Shown here one piece after another: positions 48,977 through 61,390 of a stretch of 64,000 bases of DNA. The notes beneath the pieces were generated by a model. That model ran no database searches and was not told where the DNA came from. It saw only the letters and a program-made list of their open reading frames with translations. The stretch spans positions 12,586,001 through 12,650,000 of the forward strand of contig CM106585.1 in the NCBI GenBank assembly GCA_048013815.1, written 5' to 3'. The number at the start of each line of letters is the position of its first letter. Positions within the stretch are counted from its first letter, which is position 1. This DNA is from Setoptus koraiensis (lineage: Eukaryota; Animalia; Arthropoda). Both the position numbers and the translations under genes were made by a program.

Positions 48977-51900
48977 GTTACTACTATCTGATGTTGTTGC
49001 TGTTGTATTATCGCGATTACTGTTGCTGCTGACGACGATTAAATTACTTGTGATTCAAATTAAATTAAATTGCGTAAAATGCGCGTTAATTAGGCAGGCG
49101 GTGTTGACTTTATCTGGAGCTAACTGCTTTTTAGCTACTATTCTTATATCTTATAGGGTATGTTACGTGCCAGCAATTGTGACACAGCAACAATGTACTT
49201 GAGCCGATTATTGTTGTTGTTGTTGTTGCTTGATTAATTGATGGTTAATTAATAATTAATTGATAATCTAACGATGGTACGATCACAGAACAGTTTGTCT
49301 TCATAGTGTTTGCTTGTCGCTCAATGAAGGCCACCGGCTCTCTTGCATAAAATCTTGTGCATGTTTTGTTGGCGCTCGTAATTGTGTTTTGTTGATGTGA
49401 TAATTTGTTTGTTAGTCGACTGACGGGTAGTGCGAGCAGTTGAAGTTGGTCACTTGTGATAATTACACTCATTAGTGTAACAGTAACTAATTATAGTGGC
49501 TCTTCAGCTAATTGTGACAACATGACAGTATTGGTGTTGGCGGTTTGATCGGCAACTTGGCATTCGCAGAATAGACACACATCCGATCCGATCCAATCCG
49601 ATCCAATCCGACATGAATTAATTCGAGAATACAAACAATTGTTGAACACAAACAAGAAGGCACGGGCGGGCTCTGCTAGCTAGTTTTGTCGTCATGTGTA
49701 ATTAGTAACAGGCTAGTTAATTTTACTAATTATCAATCAATCAACAGTCATTGATATCTGATGCTTTTACTATTGCTACGATGGCTATAAGATAAATATT
49801 TCAACTATATGCTCATAGATATATATTTGTAGAAATAAAATATAGCTTGAATAAGATTTATAATAATAGTAATAATAATAATAGTAATAGTTGTGGCAAT
49901 CGCTTGTCTAGACAATTGACACTATCATAATCATCACGCTACCAATGGTAATGTGTATCATCACCGTGCTCGTTTATTAATAGTCTATCCGTCTCCATAT
50001 AAATCTGTGTGTGTAATCTGTTGTAATAAATGGTGACAATTGTGAGATCTCGGTTGCCAAACGACAGACGATGCTAGCAGATGATAAAAAGGGGATACAC
50101 AGTGTGATAATAGTGATACAAAGGCAGGTAACAACAATAAGTCAGTACAATAAATCAGTACAAGATGTCGTTTCGTAAATAAATATATCTTCTCATATGT
50201 TATTATATATGTGCCAGTATATGTATCATATGAACCAGAATGTATGTATCATATGTGAGTCGGCACATGGCACATCGACTCGAATTGTCAGCGCTATTTG
50301 TTGTGAGATACTTTATAAGATTATATTTCGGAGAACACCGAGGAATGGGAATACAATCGACCGCAACAATTAGTTGACACACAACGGACTCCTCTCTCGT
50401 TTATCATCGATTGTTTATGATGCTTTGCCTTTTGTGACAATGCTGCACAATCAATTATCACTTGTATCAATTTCTTCTTAAACTTGTCAGCTATATATAA
50501 TCACTAGCTATATATAATGACTCATGGCTCGCTTGATAACACAATTAGTGGCTGTTGCCAGGGGTATGACGAAAATGTTGTTGCACCACAAAATGGTGAA
50601 TACAACACAACCAAACTAACAGGTTCCGTCTGACAACAAGGGGCGCCAGCCGATATTTATATTGTTTATATCGCCATTGTTGTTGTTGTTGTTGTTGTTA
50701 GTCGGCTTTTGATCAATTTATATCAATTGGCGATGATATGGCGTCAGTACACAATCAATCTTGGCTGATGCTAATCTCGCCACGTTTTCACAGTGTATTC
50801 ATTGATGATGGTCGTGACAACAAGTCTGGTGCAAATAATAGCAACAATTAGCTAATTATTGACTATTAGCTCTTGTGGCTGTTAAAGTCAAGTTATTGAC
50901 TCGATAATATCGACACCCCCGTGTCATCTCGTAACCATGTCGTTCGTTGCCATTTACCAATTCGTTAGATGACCGCCTGTCAGCCGACTCTTGCACTAAA
51001 ATTGTAGTGCACCATTTACAGTGTGCCACAATGCCAGTCTGTCAAACCTAATTAATTAATCCGGCCACTTGTGTCGCTGCCAGCCAAAACAATCGGTTCA
51101 ATATTGACTGGGTTTGCATAATTGTCGCACACACTATTGTGATGCAATCGTATCTGCTCTGTCAATACACATTATACAATTGTGTGTATTGACAGTTCAG
51201 CAGCTACATTGAGCTGCTCAATTTGAGCAGAGTAACGGACAGGTAAATTAACAAATTATTTAGTTTGTCACACGTGAGTAGTCTTGAGTAAACGAATGCA
51301 TGAAATGATGAACACATGATGTGATTGTCGTTCACTGGCAATTGACAGTTCAATCTGTCAACAGTGACAGATTTGCAACAGCAGATTTGGCGCACTGACA
51401 GCCGGCACTGTCCGACGATATCTTCTGACACTGCCAATCATCTGATCTGAGTATATCTGCACTCATCAGTACTCACTGAGTACCTACTGAATTATAATTC
51501 ATGAATTACGAATTATGTATAATAGTATTAGTGTGTATAAACAATGTACAATTGTCAGCTGACGAGGGGACCTGCTTGCTTGTTGTTTATCGCTGCTGTT
51601 GACTGCCGATAACTGACAGTAGCCAGTAAATGAACAACGACATGCCTATTGTTTGCTCTGTTGCCAGATTTGTTGTCAATAACTGATCTATGCACTCGAA
51701 GGAAACCCAATTGCAGTGGGTACTTCACCGGTGCACAGCCCAACTAACTACTAATACGATGCTGTAATACGATGCAGTAATGCAGTGCAACCAATCAACG
51801 ACTTGCCACAAATTGTAATGCTACAAATTGTAATGTTGGCCGCAGGGGGTCGTGTCCGAATCACAGGGTCAGTGTGTCTAACAAAATAAATCCAACGCAT

Positions 51901-53906
51901 TCTCTGTGTTGTTTTGGTGGGCAAAAAGAGGCAACTCTACTCACCGGTGGCGATCGACTAGAAACCCAAGGTGACTGGCCCAAATATATTGCTGTGTGGT
52001 TGTTTGAGTGTGGTTGTTTGAGTGTCTCAAGTCCAGAATTGTTGTTGCAATTATGCGTGTGCTTTATTGAATTTGAGTGCAATCGATAATGTGATCGATA
52101 TTGTGACCGATGATGTAAATAATTATGTAAATGTGCTTCAATCATCACCCGAGAATGCCCTGTAATAATATTGCAGAAACAGCCCGAAAGAGAGATCACA
52201 AAATGGCTTTTGTGTTAGTCCGACGCGATAAATGTTAAATGTGATAATATACATAACGTAAAGTGTTAAGTGTTGTTATTAATACAATGCTATGTAATGT
52301 TACATAATGTTTCGCCTAAAACCAGCTCGGCTGATGGTAGCTAGGTCACGAGCTAAAGTCACATAGTGACACACAAAACAACTACATGCAACGCTACGGT
52401 ACGCAGCAGCAACAACAGCGACAACAACAACAGCAATGCCACTACTAGTGCCCTGTAACTGCTACTAGCGCCACCACTGCCACACTGACAGCAGCATCGT
52501 CATATGTTATTATTATTGTTGTTGTTGCCTACGGTTGTTGCCTACGGTTGTTGCCTACGGTTGTTGGTGGTTGCCATAAAGCACACACACACACGCGCAT
52601 AACGACGCGCGTATGAGCCAATGGAACGGAAAGGAAAGAATTGCAGCGAAAAGAACAGCTACAGCGAACGGCAACAAAGAACGCGCCAACGGCCCTATGT
52701 GCTCTGCTGTTCGCGCACTGTTATTATTATTATTATTATTATTATTTTATCTTGCTGATATCGCTATGTGTGTGTGCGTGTGTGTGTGTTGTGCAGCCAG
52801 TTGTAGCAGGAATCAGGCGATATTATAATAACGATACGGCAGCGATCATCACAAGCACTTATGCTCGACACAAGCGGATCGGGCCAAACGCGGCCTTGAA
52901 ACGAGTGGCGCCCCCAGACGCTCGAGCGGCTGCGTTGTTGTGGTTGTGGTTGTTGTCGCTGTTGTCGTTGTTGTCGTTGCTGTCGTTGCTGTTGTCGATG
53001 TTGTTGTCGTTGTTGTCGTCGTTGTAGTTGCTGTTGTTGTTGCTGTTGTTGCTGCTACCTATCATTGCAAGACGGGCTGTTCGTATCACAACAACAACAA
53101 CACACTTACGCCGATGACAATGGCGTCGCGTCAAGGCCAAGACGCCACTACTGTTACACAAGTCAGCATAATAAACTGCCGATTGTGGCCCCCTAATCAG
53201 GGCGAGTGTTGCTGTTGTTGGCATGTGCTCGCAACTGTTAAAAGTTGTTGTTGTTAAAGGTTATTGTTGACAGTGCCGCTCACGTCGCCACAGCAAACAA
53301 CAATTACCTCAAATAATAGCTAGCTAGTGTCAAATCATTTTATTTTACAATAAACAGCAATGCCTGTCTGTCCACAACAGCGACTTGACGTTGCATTTAG
53401 AGCAATTTCTGTCATGATACTTGTGTTATGTTACAGGAAAACCCTCGAGCTGTCATTTGTTGTCGTTGTTTGCTTTGAACAACAAAATTTGTACTATCGC
53501 TCGCCGTCTGTCGAGATCGCCAGCCAGCGAGCTCGTTTTTGCCATGGTGGCGCGATCTAGTGGCGAGGGCAAACGTCATGTTTGCCATGTTTGCATGTGA
53601 GAGGCCCTTACAGTAAGGGTGACATTGGTGCCGGGTTAATCAACGGTCGCAAACACAAGTCACTCAAAACTAAAAATAACGATTGATAATAAAAACAAAT
53701 AATGAATGGTAGTTTGTTAATTTAATCTTTTGTTGCCACTAGCAACTGTTGGTAGTGGCTTGCCGAATGAGCGCGCGCGCCAATCACTCGAGCGCTGTTG
53801 GAGTCAGCTGGTGTTCGTCTGACACTTGACAGTTGACAGCTGTCAACTGACAATTGACACTTGACAATCGACACTTAAAAAACATTTGACACGTGCTCAC
53901 GGCGCG

Positions 53907-55988
53907 CTAATATTGGGTAAAGTCAACGGGCACCTTATAATTGGCCATTCCGTTGACAACCGCATTGAAGAGTGGATTGGTCTTGTTGCAAGCACCACGA
54001 AAGTCGTCCAGATCCAGTGCCCAGAACATTGCGCCACCGTAGCCCCGACTTTTGATGTGATCCATTTTGATATTCAAGCTATGCGCGTTTTCAAAACCGA
54101 TCCATTGGTCGTCGTGATAGGTGTACGGCACCTTGCCAACATCGTCCCATTCCTGGGTCCACTTGTCCAACTCTTGACAGATCTCTGGCATGAGTGACGC
54201 AATAGAGTTTGCAAAATAAATAAATAAATGAAGGGCGACAACAAATAAACGTGAGTGAACACGAGTTTAACAGGTAATGCGCATTACAGTTGACAGTGGG
54301 CACTGTCAAACTAAACCGGACTAACCGAAATAGGCCATGAAACCGGTCTCATTGAGGTACGGGCCGGCTTTTCCCGCCACGTTGGTCTTGTTCGCGGGAG
54401 CTGCCCATCGATGGGTAACAATGGTTACCGGGTAACAATGGTTATCGGGTAACAATGGTTATCGGGTAATAGTGGTCAATGGGTGACAATTGTCAAACAG
54501 AGAGAGAGAGAGCGGTTAATTAATGAACTCAGATCGGGCCGGATCGTGCAACTGCACGTGCTTGTAATAACACGGACGCGATGAACGTGAGATTTTAACA
54601 TTTCGACACTTTGGAATGAATGGGAAGTCGTCTGTCGATTCAGAGGGGAAACTCACCATTAAGTTGATGGTTTTTCGCATCGGCCAGGGTGAAACTGCGC
54701 CCATAGAAGGCTGTTCCAACCACCAGCTTGTGTCTGGGGCAGCCCTGGGTGTTCCACAGCTCGCCAGCGTCGTTCTATTTGGGGCGCCAGGTGAGCGTTT
54801 GAGCGTTCGAGCATTGGAGCAGTTGAGCGGTTGAGAATCAGATAGCAGTGAATTATGTTGAATGGATAAATCTGGGGCCTCACATGGGGCAACATTCGGA
54901 GATTATCGATTTGCTTGTCACTTACAATGTTGACATATTGGTCCTCGGTGCCAATGTCAAATGGGCGCGCGTACAGGGGCGTGTGAACATCGACATTCTG
55001 TTTGCAATTATTATGGCACATTTTCAAAAATAACGGTCAGTGGTTTGTTGATGTTTGAGGAGCTACCTGTGATGTGATCTGATGCCCCCAATTCAATACC
55101 AAATTTAATACCCAATTTTTATACCCAATCTAATCTAGCGAGCATACATACCTGGTCCCAGGAGCCGCGCAAATCGTAGGTCATCATATGGATGGCGTCC
55201 ATTACCTGGCACAGCTCCTTGACGGCGTACCCCTGACTCAATTTCTTCTTTGTCACCGGAACTGCGGCAGTGATTTCCACGTGGCCGCGCTCTTGGCTGA
55301 GATGCTCATCGAAGGCCTGACGTAACTCTTTCACCAAACTCAAATAGTTTTCCTTGTCGCTGGCCTGGCCGCCGCGATCTACGGCGCCCGGATATTCCCA
55401 ATCTAAATCAAAGCCATAGAAGGGATACTTCTTGAGCATAGAGACAACACTGTCCACAAATGTCTTTCGTTTTTGCGCATCACTAACCATCTGTGAATAT
55501 TTTGTGCCGAATTCACCCCAGCCTCCAATGGACAGCATGAGCTTGGATTTTGGACTCAAATCGCGTAGACGCAAAAAGTCGTCTATGCTGCCCTCGCCAC
55601 TGGCGGGCCCCAACGATTTTATCTCGTAGGTTGTGTTGTCTAATCCGGCAAACGAATATAGGATGTGTGTGCATTGGTTTCTGGGAACATTGTCCACTGT
55701 CTACACATGATCATAATGACGCAACAAAAATGTGATGCTCAAATATCATTCATTCACATGATAATCGGTGTGGTTTGTTTGGTTATTGGGGTTATTTGAG
55801 GCGAGGCCACTTACATATTTCCATGGGTCAGCGCGATCTTTCGACCAGTAGGTGAAGTAGCAGACAATTCTTGGCTCTGATCTCTCTGAGGAACATTGCT
55901 GGGTGTTGTTTGATTGGTCGGCCTGTATCACTGACACTGTGACTGTCAACAATACTGCCAATGCGACCCAATGTGACATGGCAAACAT
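53907..55988 (-). CDS. Secreted GH18 chitinase, catalytic domain only (no chitin-binding domain), ~421 aa
   Basis: Exons 55988-55815, 55700-55152, 54997-54926, 54774-54657, 54400-54326 and 54184-53907, all GT-AG with consistent phases; total 1266 nt. Signal peptide (HWVALAVLLTVTVSVIQA), then IVCYFTYW, CTHILYSF, KLMLSIGGW, FYGFDLDWEYPG (DxDxE intact), MTYDLRG, FYGRSFTL and GGAMFWALDLDDF. Confidence 0.95.
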
Positions 55989-57283
55989 TTTGTGACAAAA
56001 TTTTTGTCGGACACGCTGTGCTGCTGTATGGTGAGAACGAAATGTCAATTTATCTATTCGCTGTACTATTTATAGTCAGCTAAAGTGACTGAACGATAGT
56101 GCTGATACGACAGCCTTCCAGCCAGAAACTATCATAAACTGTTGACTGAGCTCAATTGAGTAAGTGAGAGCAATTTATTTCAGACTAATCATAGATTATG
56201 CAATCTTCGTCAGCGTGCCTAGCGCTTGGCTAGGTAGTGCAAACAGACTCAATGATAATAGCAATGACAAAGGGATATTTACAGCCAGGCAACATGTGCT
56301 GAGAGCGAAACATATCCGCGATTTCGCCAGCTTTCCAGCTCTCCGGCTCACCCAAACAAACGCATGGAAACAGCAAATTTCCTCCCTCTCTCTCTCTCTC
56401 TGGCTTACAACAACAGATATTATCTAAACAAACACTGCCGAACTGAATAAAATAGCATACTCAAGGCGCTTTGTGTTTGCATTGAACGCGCACATCAATA
56501 TTCATCGTTTTGTCATTCAAGAATGTAATAATAACAATACTAATAATATTATGTGATTATGTAGGCTTACATTATATAGCCAGAGTCAACAATAAAAGCA
56601 ACAATTTATCACTACTCAAATTAGTTGTGATGTTCCCACTGCTGCCAGACAACAACTGACCTAGATGGTCCCACAAAGATTCAATGTATCTCCAATTGAG
56701 CCTGGTCTCAATATTATCTCAGGTCCTTGAGATGCTGTACAAGATACTGGCCAGCATTGTTGATGTCGATTTGTTTGTTAGTGTCTTTCAACTCGAATGG
56801 AAATTCCCTTTATCTGTCATCAGCCAACTGTAACGGTCCATCATACAAAGTGTCACTATGTATTGGCGATATTTACAGGACTACTTCCGTGTTTCTACTG
56901 CACCCACTAGAGATTCGAATTAGATTGATAAAGTTTCGTTAATAACGATTGATGGCACGCTTGCGGAAGTCATCAAGTGTCTCGACAAATCTTTATCACT
57001 GGGCCTCTCCCATCCCTCCCACAAAATGGACACAACAGGAGGGGAAAATCTCCCATTCTGTCAGACAGAGAAAATGTACCTCAAAATGCACACATATTCA
57101 TGAATATTCAAGTGAATATTCACGCGTGAGCCACATGCGGGCAAAAATAAAAAATATCACCATCTTCATTCCGACGATGCTTTCAATCCACACGTGATCA
57201 TATTACGCATCTATTTGCTCTCACTCGATATACATTCTCCGAGACTGTCAGATCCCTCTTATCGACAACATATTGCTGCCACT

Positions 57284-58726
57284 ATGGACGCCACTCTTTG
57301 TCTAGCTTGTGGAAGGAAATGCACCATCTCTGACTCGAGGCCCTACCCAAACTCCACAACAAAGGATAGAATGCACAATAGGTGCTTACTCAGAGCCAAA
57401 TTCAAACCAAATTCTTCCAAATCCAAGACTCAAGCAGATGATAAACCGGACGAACAACCCAATCAGCCCAATGTGAATGAACTGCCCCAAAGAGGGACGG
57501 TAACAACGTCCCAAACTGACAAGCCTGCACCCGCCGAATCTAGCCAACCTCTTGAGAGAAAGCCTACTGTTGCAGGGCACACAAAAACAACAGACCTCAC
57601 CTCTGAAGAGAAGGTTGAAAAAAACAAGAGAAGCTTGGAGAAAATTCTGGCAAACGAGAGACGAAAATTGACCAGTGACAGTCAATTCTTCTTTGATCTC
57701 AAAGCTGGTATTGCTAAGCCTCATGAAAAACGTACATTTTTATATCACAAGAAATTACAGGATATGAAAGTGTCCTACGATGACAACTGTTTCAAGGCTG
57801 ACTCTGTCGGTAGAAGTTTTGATCATCGTGGCAAAGATCTCAATAATCCATCTAGTTCGTCAGGTAGTTCAAATGACGACTCTGACGACAACTCAAACGA
57901 CGACCGCAACTCCTCTCCGGACAAATCACGACCAAAATACAAGTCCGACCATGCTAGTAAGCGTCAGAAAATCGAATCCCCAGCAGGTCACCGCAATGAC
58001 TCAGATAGACAAACCTCGTATAGGCGAAAGGACCAACATCGTCCAGATAGAAACAATCAAGACAATAATCAAGAGCCATGTTGGTTTTGTCTCTCATCAC
58101 CAAAAGTTGAGAAACATCTGATCATTGCAATAGGAGATTATTGTTATTTGGCACTAGCCAAAGGCGGACTAACCGATGACCATCTTCTCATAGTACCAAT
58201 CCAGCATATGCGCTCAACAAATGACCTGGATTCGCAAGAGATAATCCATGAGATCAACAAATTCAAGATGTCACTGTTGAAATTTTTCGCGAACCAGGCC
58301 AAAGCTGTGATATTTTATGAGCGTAATTTCCGCTCTACTCACTTGCAAATCCAAGTGGTGCCTATTGATTTGGATATGCTCGATGGAATCGACCTTAAAA
58401 TCAAGACTGTCTCGGAAAAAATCTACCCAAAAATAAGTTATGAGGCCATTCCAAATAATTGTTCTATCAGTGACATGATTCCTAGGGGACAATCGTACTT
58501 TCTTTGGGAGATAGAACCACTCGGTGTTAAATTCTGCTCCAAGATTGACACACGTGGAGCCTTCTTTCCTATGCAATTTGGTAGGCAAGTTCTAGTTCAC
58601 AATGACTTGCTCAATATTCCGAACAGGATGGATTGGAAAAAATGTTCCCAATCAGAGGAAGAGTGCAAAAACCTGGTTAAACGTTTGAAAGAAGCTTACA
58701 AGCCTCACGATTTTACTTTGGATTGA
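57284..58726 (+). CDS. CWF19L1: CWF19-like protein 1 homolog (CwfJ C-terminal domains), intronless, ~480 aa from the ATG at 57284
   Basis: C-terminal half has PCWFCLSSPKVEKHLIIAIGDYCYLALAKGGLTDDHLLIVPIQH, IFYERNF...HLQIQVVP, FPMQFGRQVL and RMDWKKC...YKPHDFTLD, typical of CWF19L1/Drn1. First ATG in the ORF is gccactATGG. The N-terminal half is not the expected phosphoesterase fold. Confidence 0.88.
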   Translation: MDATLCLACGRKCTISDSRPYPNSTTKDRMHNRCLLRAKFKPNSSKSKTQADDKPDEQPNQPNVNELPQRGTVTTSQTDKPAPAESSQPLERKPTVAGHTKTTDLTSEEKVEKNKRSLEKILANERRKLTSDSQFFFDLKAGIAKPHEKRTFLYHKKLQDMKVSYDDNCFKADSVGRSFDHRGKDLNNPSSSSGSSNDDSDDNSNDDRNSSPDKSRPKYKSDHASKRQKIESPAGHRNDSDRQTSYRRKDQHRPDRNNQDNNQEPCWFCLSSPKVEKHLIIAIGDYCYLALAKGGLTDDHLLIVPIQHMRSTNDLDSQEIIHEINKFKMSLLKFFANQAKAVIFYERNFRSTHLQIQVVPIDLDMLDGIDLKIKTVSEKIYPKISYEAIPNNCSISDMIPRGQSYFLWEIEPLGVKFCSKIDTRGAFFPMQFGRQVLVHNDLLNIPNRMDWKKCSQSEEECKNLVKRLKEAYKPHDFTLD

Positions 58727-58746
58727 TTTTAAGTTGATTACATCAT

Positions 58747-59953
58747 TCAGTATCTAACACCGGTCGAGTTTTTGTTGGCCGCGTTAGCTCCAGTTGCATT
58801 GGCGAATTGTTGGTTAACCGTCTGTCTGGCGGCGGTAGCGACTGTTTGTTGCACATATTGATTGCGGATAATACCTTCGGCAAATTCGTTGCGTGCTTTG
58901 GCAATGCTTGCACCAGAGGATCGATAAATTGAGTGAACTTTGAGTAGATATAAAACACTCGCAGCAGAATAAGCAATCCAACATAAAGTAGTGAAATACA
59001 TGAACAGTGTTAACACAGTGCCGCCTGGATTCCGCAAAGCCAAAAAGAGGCCACTGTGTTATATCATGAATGTAGAGAGATAAAATGTAAAGAAAATTAA
59101 TTATTACTACTATTGTAATTATATAATAAATACTGGCAATCTAATAATGATTTATAGTTGAATGTGTAATGACTTACCATGTGCTCGTTATTCCGAGAGA
59201 CCAATAGCAAGTGAAGAACGTTTGCATGGCAAAGACCATAAAGAAAATCATAAAGTTAAACGAGCTATCATTTTTAAACGCTTTATACAATGGTCTGAAC
59301 CACGTCATGTATGTTAGCGGAACAAAAAAGATAAAGCTCGTAAGTCCCATGCTGAAAATCTCTCCTGCTCCTTCAATTGCTTTTATCATGATCGCTAAAG
59401 AGCCCAATAAGTTCATCAATAGAGTGAAAACAAAACCAATCCATAGATTGTAACCGAGTGTAACCGTCTTTTGAAATTCTGGTTGAATATCCACACTAAT
59501 GTCTTGAAAAAAGCAAGGCTTACAGGGACAAAACGATGGCAATGGTGGCCAGTTGTGTTGCCGACGAAAATCGCCCGTGGCTCTGAGTGCCTCTTCCCTG
59601 GCCGCTAGTTCGGCCGCCTTGATTTCCAATTCTTGTTGTCTTCGTTCCAGTTCATTTTGCATGTCGATATTGATGGCTGTCGAGGTTGTGACAGATGTAG
59701 CTGAGCCAGCTACCTTGGTGGTGGATGCGGCCTGTTTGAAGTTGATGTTGCCAGCATTATTATTATTATTGTTGTTGGTGGTGTTAGTGTTGGCAGCGGC
59801 GGCGGCGGAGTTTGCTGCGGGGTTGACGTTATTGTTAATTGTTGGAGCTGTTGCTGTAATTGTGACAGATGCAGTGGGGGCGCTAGTCACCTGATCGATG
59901 GCAGGGTCCGCAAATGGATCTGCAAAGGGATTTTCTACAAATCCTCCCGACAT
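58747..59953 (-). CDS. SCAMP: Secretory carrier-associated membrane protein (SCAMP), ~360 aa
   Basis: Exons 59953-59178 and 59053-58747, with a 124-bp phase-2 intron (TG|GTAAGT ... ACAG|T). Motifs: ENPFADPF, coiled coil LERRQQELEIKAAEL, HNWPPLP...KPCFFQDI, TWFRPLYKAFKNDSSFNF and YRSSGASIAKARNEF. Confidence 0.95.
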
Positions 59954-60480
59954 TGTAGAAATAACAGTGTGCTACAGACAATAATTGACGCTGTGTAATA
60001 TGTGATGGTCAATAGTTCAATGTGTGTCCAATAAATATAATAGCGATATTATTAAATGATAACGGCAATTGATAAATATATATATATATTACGATATATA
60101 TGATATATGTGGTATTGGTGGTGATGTGTTGTTGTTGGTGGTTGTCGTTCAGGGCGGCCCAGCAGCAGCACCTAGACTGTGTGCATCATTGTGCGCTGCC
60201 TGGACAATGCATAGGTGCAGCCTGTGCGCTCTGCTGCAGAGCCTGCAAAGCCACCATATGTGCACTTTTGGTGCAGTGGTGCACTAGCACTGGCGGCCGC
60301 TGCAGGAGCAGCGTCGGGGCGGCACATGCTCACTGCGGGCCAAGTGACGGGACGGCAGCGGCGCGCACTCGCTCCTTCACTGACTCTTGGCTCGTCACTG
60401 ATGAGCAGAGTGCGCTTTCTGCGCGCGCCCGCAGAGGTCGCCACCGTCGCGCGCCGTGATGCGGACTGCTGGCCGCATCG

Positions 60481-60605
60481 CTGTGGCTGCTGTCGTTGTT
60501 GTTGCCGCTGTCGCTGTTGTTGCCGCTGTCGCTGTTGTTGCTGTTGTTGCTGTTGCTGCTGTGGTTGCCATTGCTGTTGCTGTTGTTGCCATTGCTGTTG
60601 CCACT
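60481..60605. repeat. Degenerate (CTGTTG/GTT)n microsatellite between SCAMP and the Ig gene
   Basis: Read directly. It is the source of several overlapping low-complexity ORFs. Confidence 0.85.
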
Positions 60606-61390
60606 GCAGGCACTGGCCAGCGTCGGTTGTTGTCGCCGTGTCTGGCGAATGGCCGAGCGAAGAGCAGCAATTCCCAGAACAAGCCAGCACACACAACACA
60701 GCAACACTGTTGTACCCTTTGGCGCGCATGCGCACAGCGCGCTTACCTGTGCGCTCGAATCGAACGCAGGCAGCAGCGTCCATCGAAATGTGAGCACACG
60801 CACAAGCATCTTGTGCTCTGTGTACACAGTGCAGAGTTGTGCGCCGCGCAGACACACGGGCCAGATTAAGGTGACGCACGCACACAGGTGGGCCGGCGCA
60901 ACAAGTAGACAGACGGGCGAGCGAACGGGGACAGACGGGCAAGCGAACGAATCACACACACACACGGGCAGGTTCGCAGCGCCGTTGGCAACGTTCGCAT
61001 TCCATCGCTGCATCTCGAGCTAGCAACGTCCATTGTGCGCCGCGTCTCGTTCCACTGTTCGCCTGCACCACGCACCATCTCAGCAGCACCACGCACCATC
61101 TCAACAGCAGCAGCAGCACCAGTTAATTCAATATCATATCCACACGTGAATCGCCAGCAGCCTCAGCCAGCCAGCAATTGTGATAGCGGCCGAGCGGCCA
61201 GCGCGAATCAAAAATGTATTGTCGTCGTCGTCGAGATCAGCACACAATCGAGCAAAACTCGGCAACAAAATTCAACAAAAATTTGCAAAATTCAACGAAA
61301 TTGAGCAAAATCAATCAGAAAATCAAATCACACTGCACAAATCAAGCTGCGACCGTGTGCCAGTCGCATCGCAACAGCACCAACCACAAA

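Noticed and set aside
55385-55425. Chitinase motif FYGFDLDWE (first Asp of DxxDxDxE replaced by Tyr) as evidence of an inactive chitinase-like lectin
   Set aside because: The catalytically essential DxDxE residues are intact, so loss of activity is not supported.
56690-56900. Protein-like minus-strand frame (EFPFELKDTNKQIDINNAGQYLVQHLKDLR) between the chitinase and CWF19L1
   Set aside because: It is short, flanked by stops and has no identifiable homology. It cannot be told apart from chance without a search.
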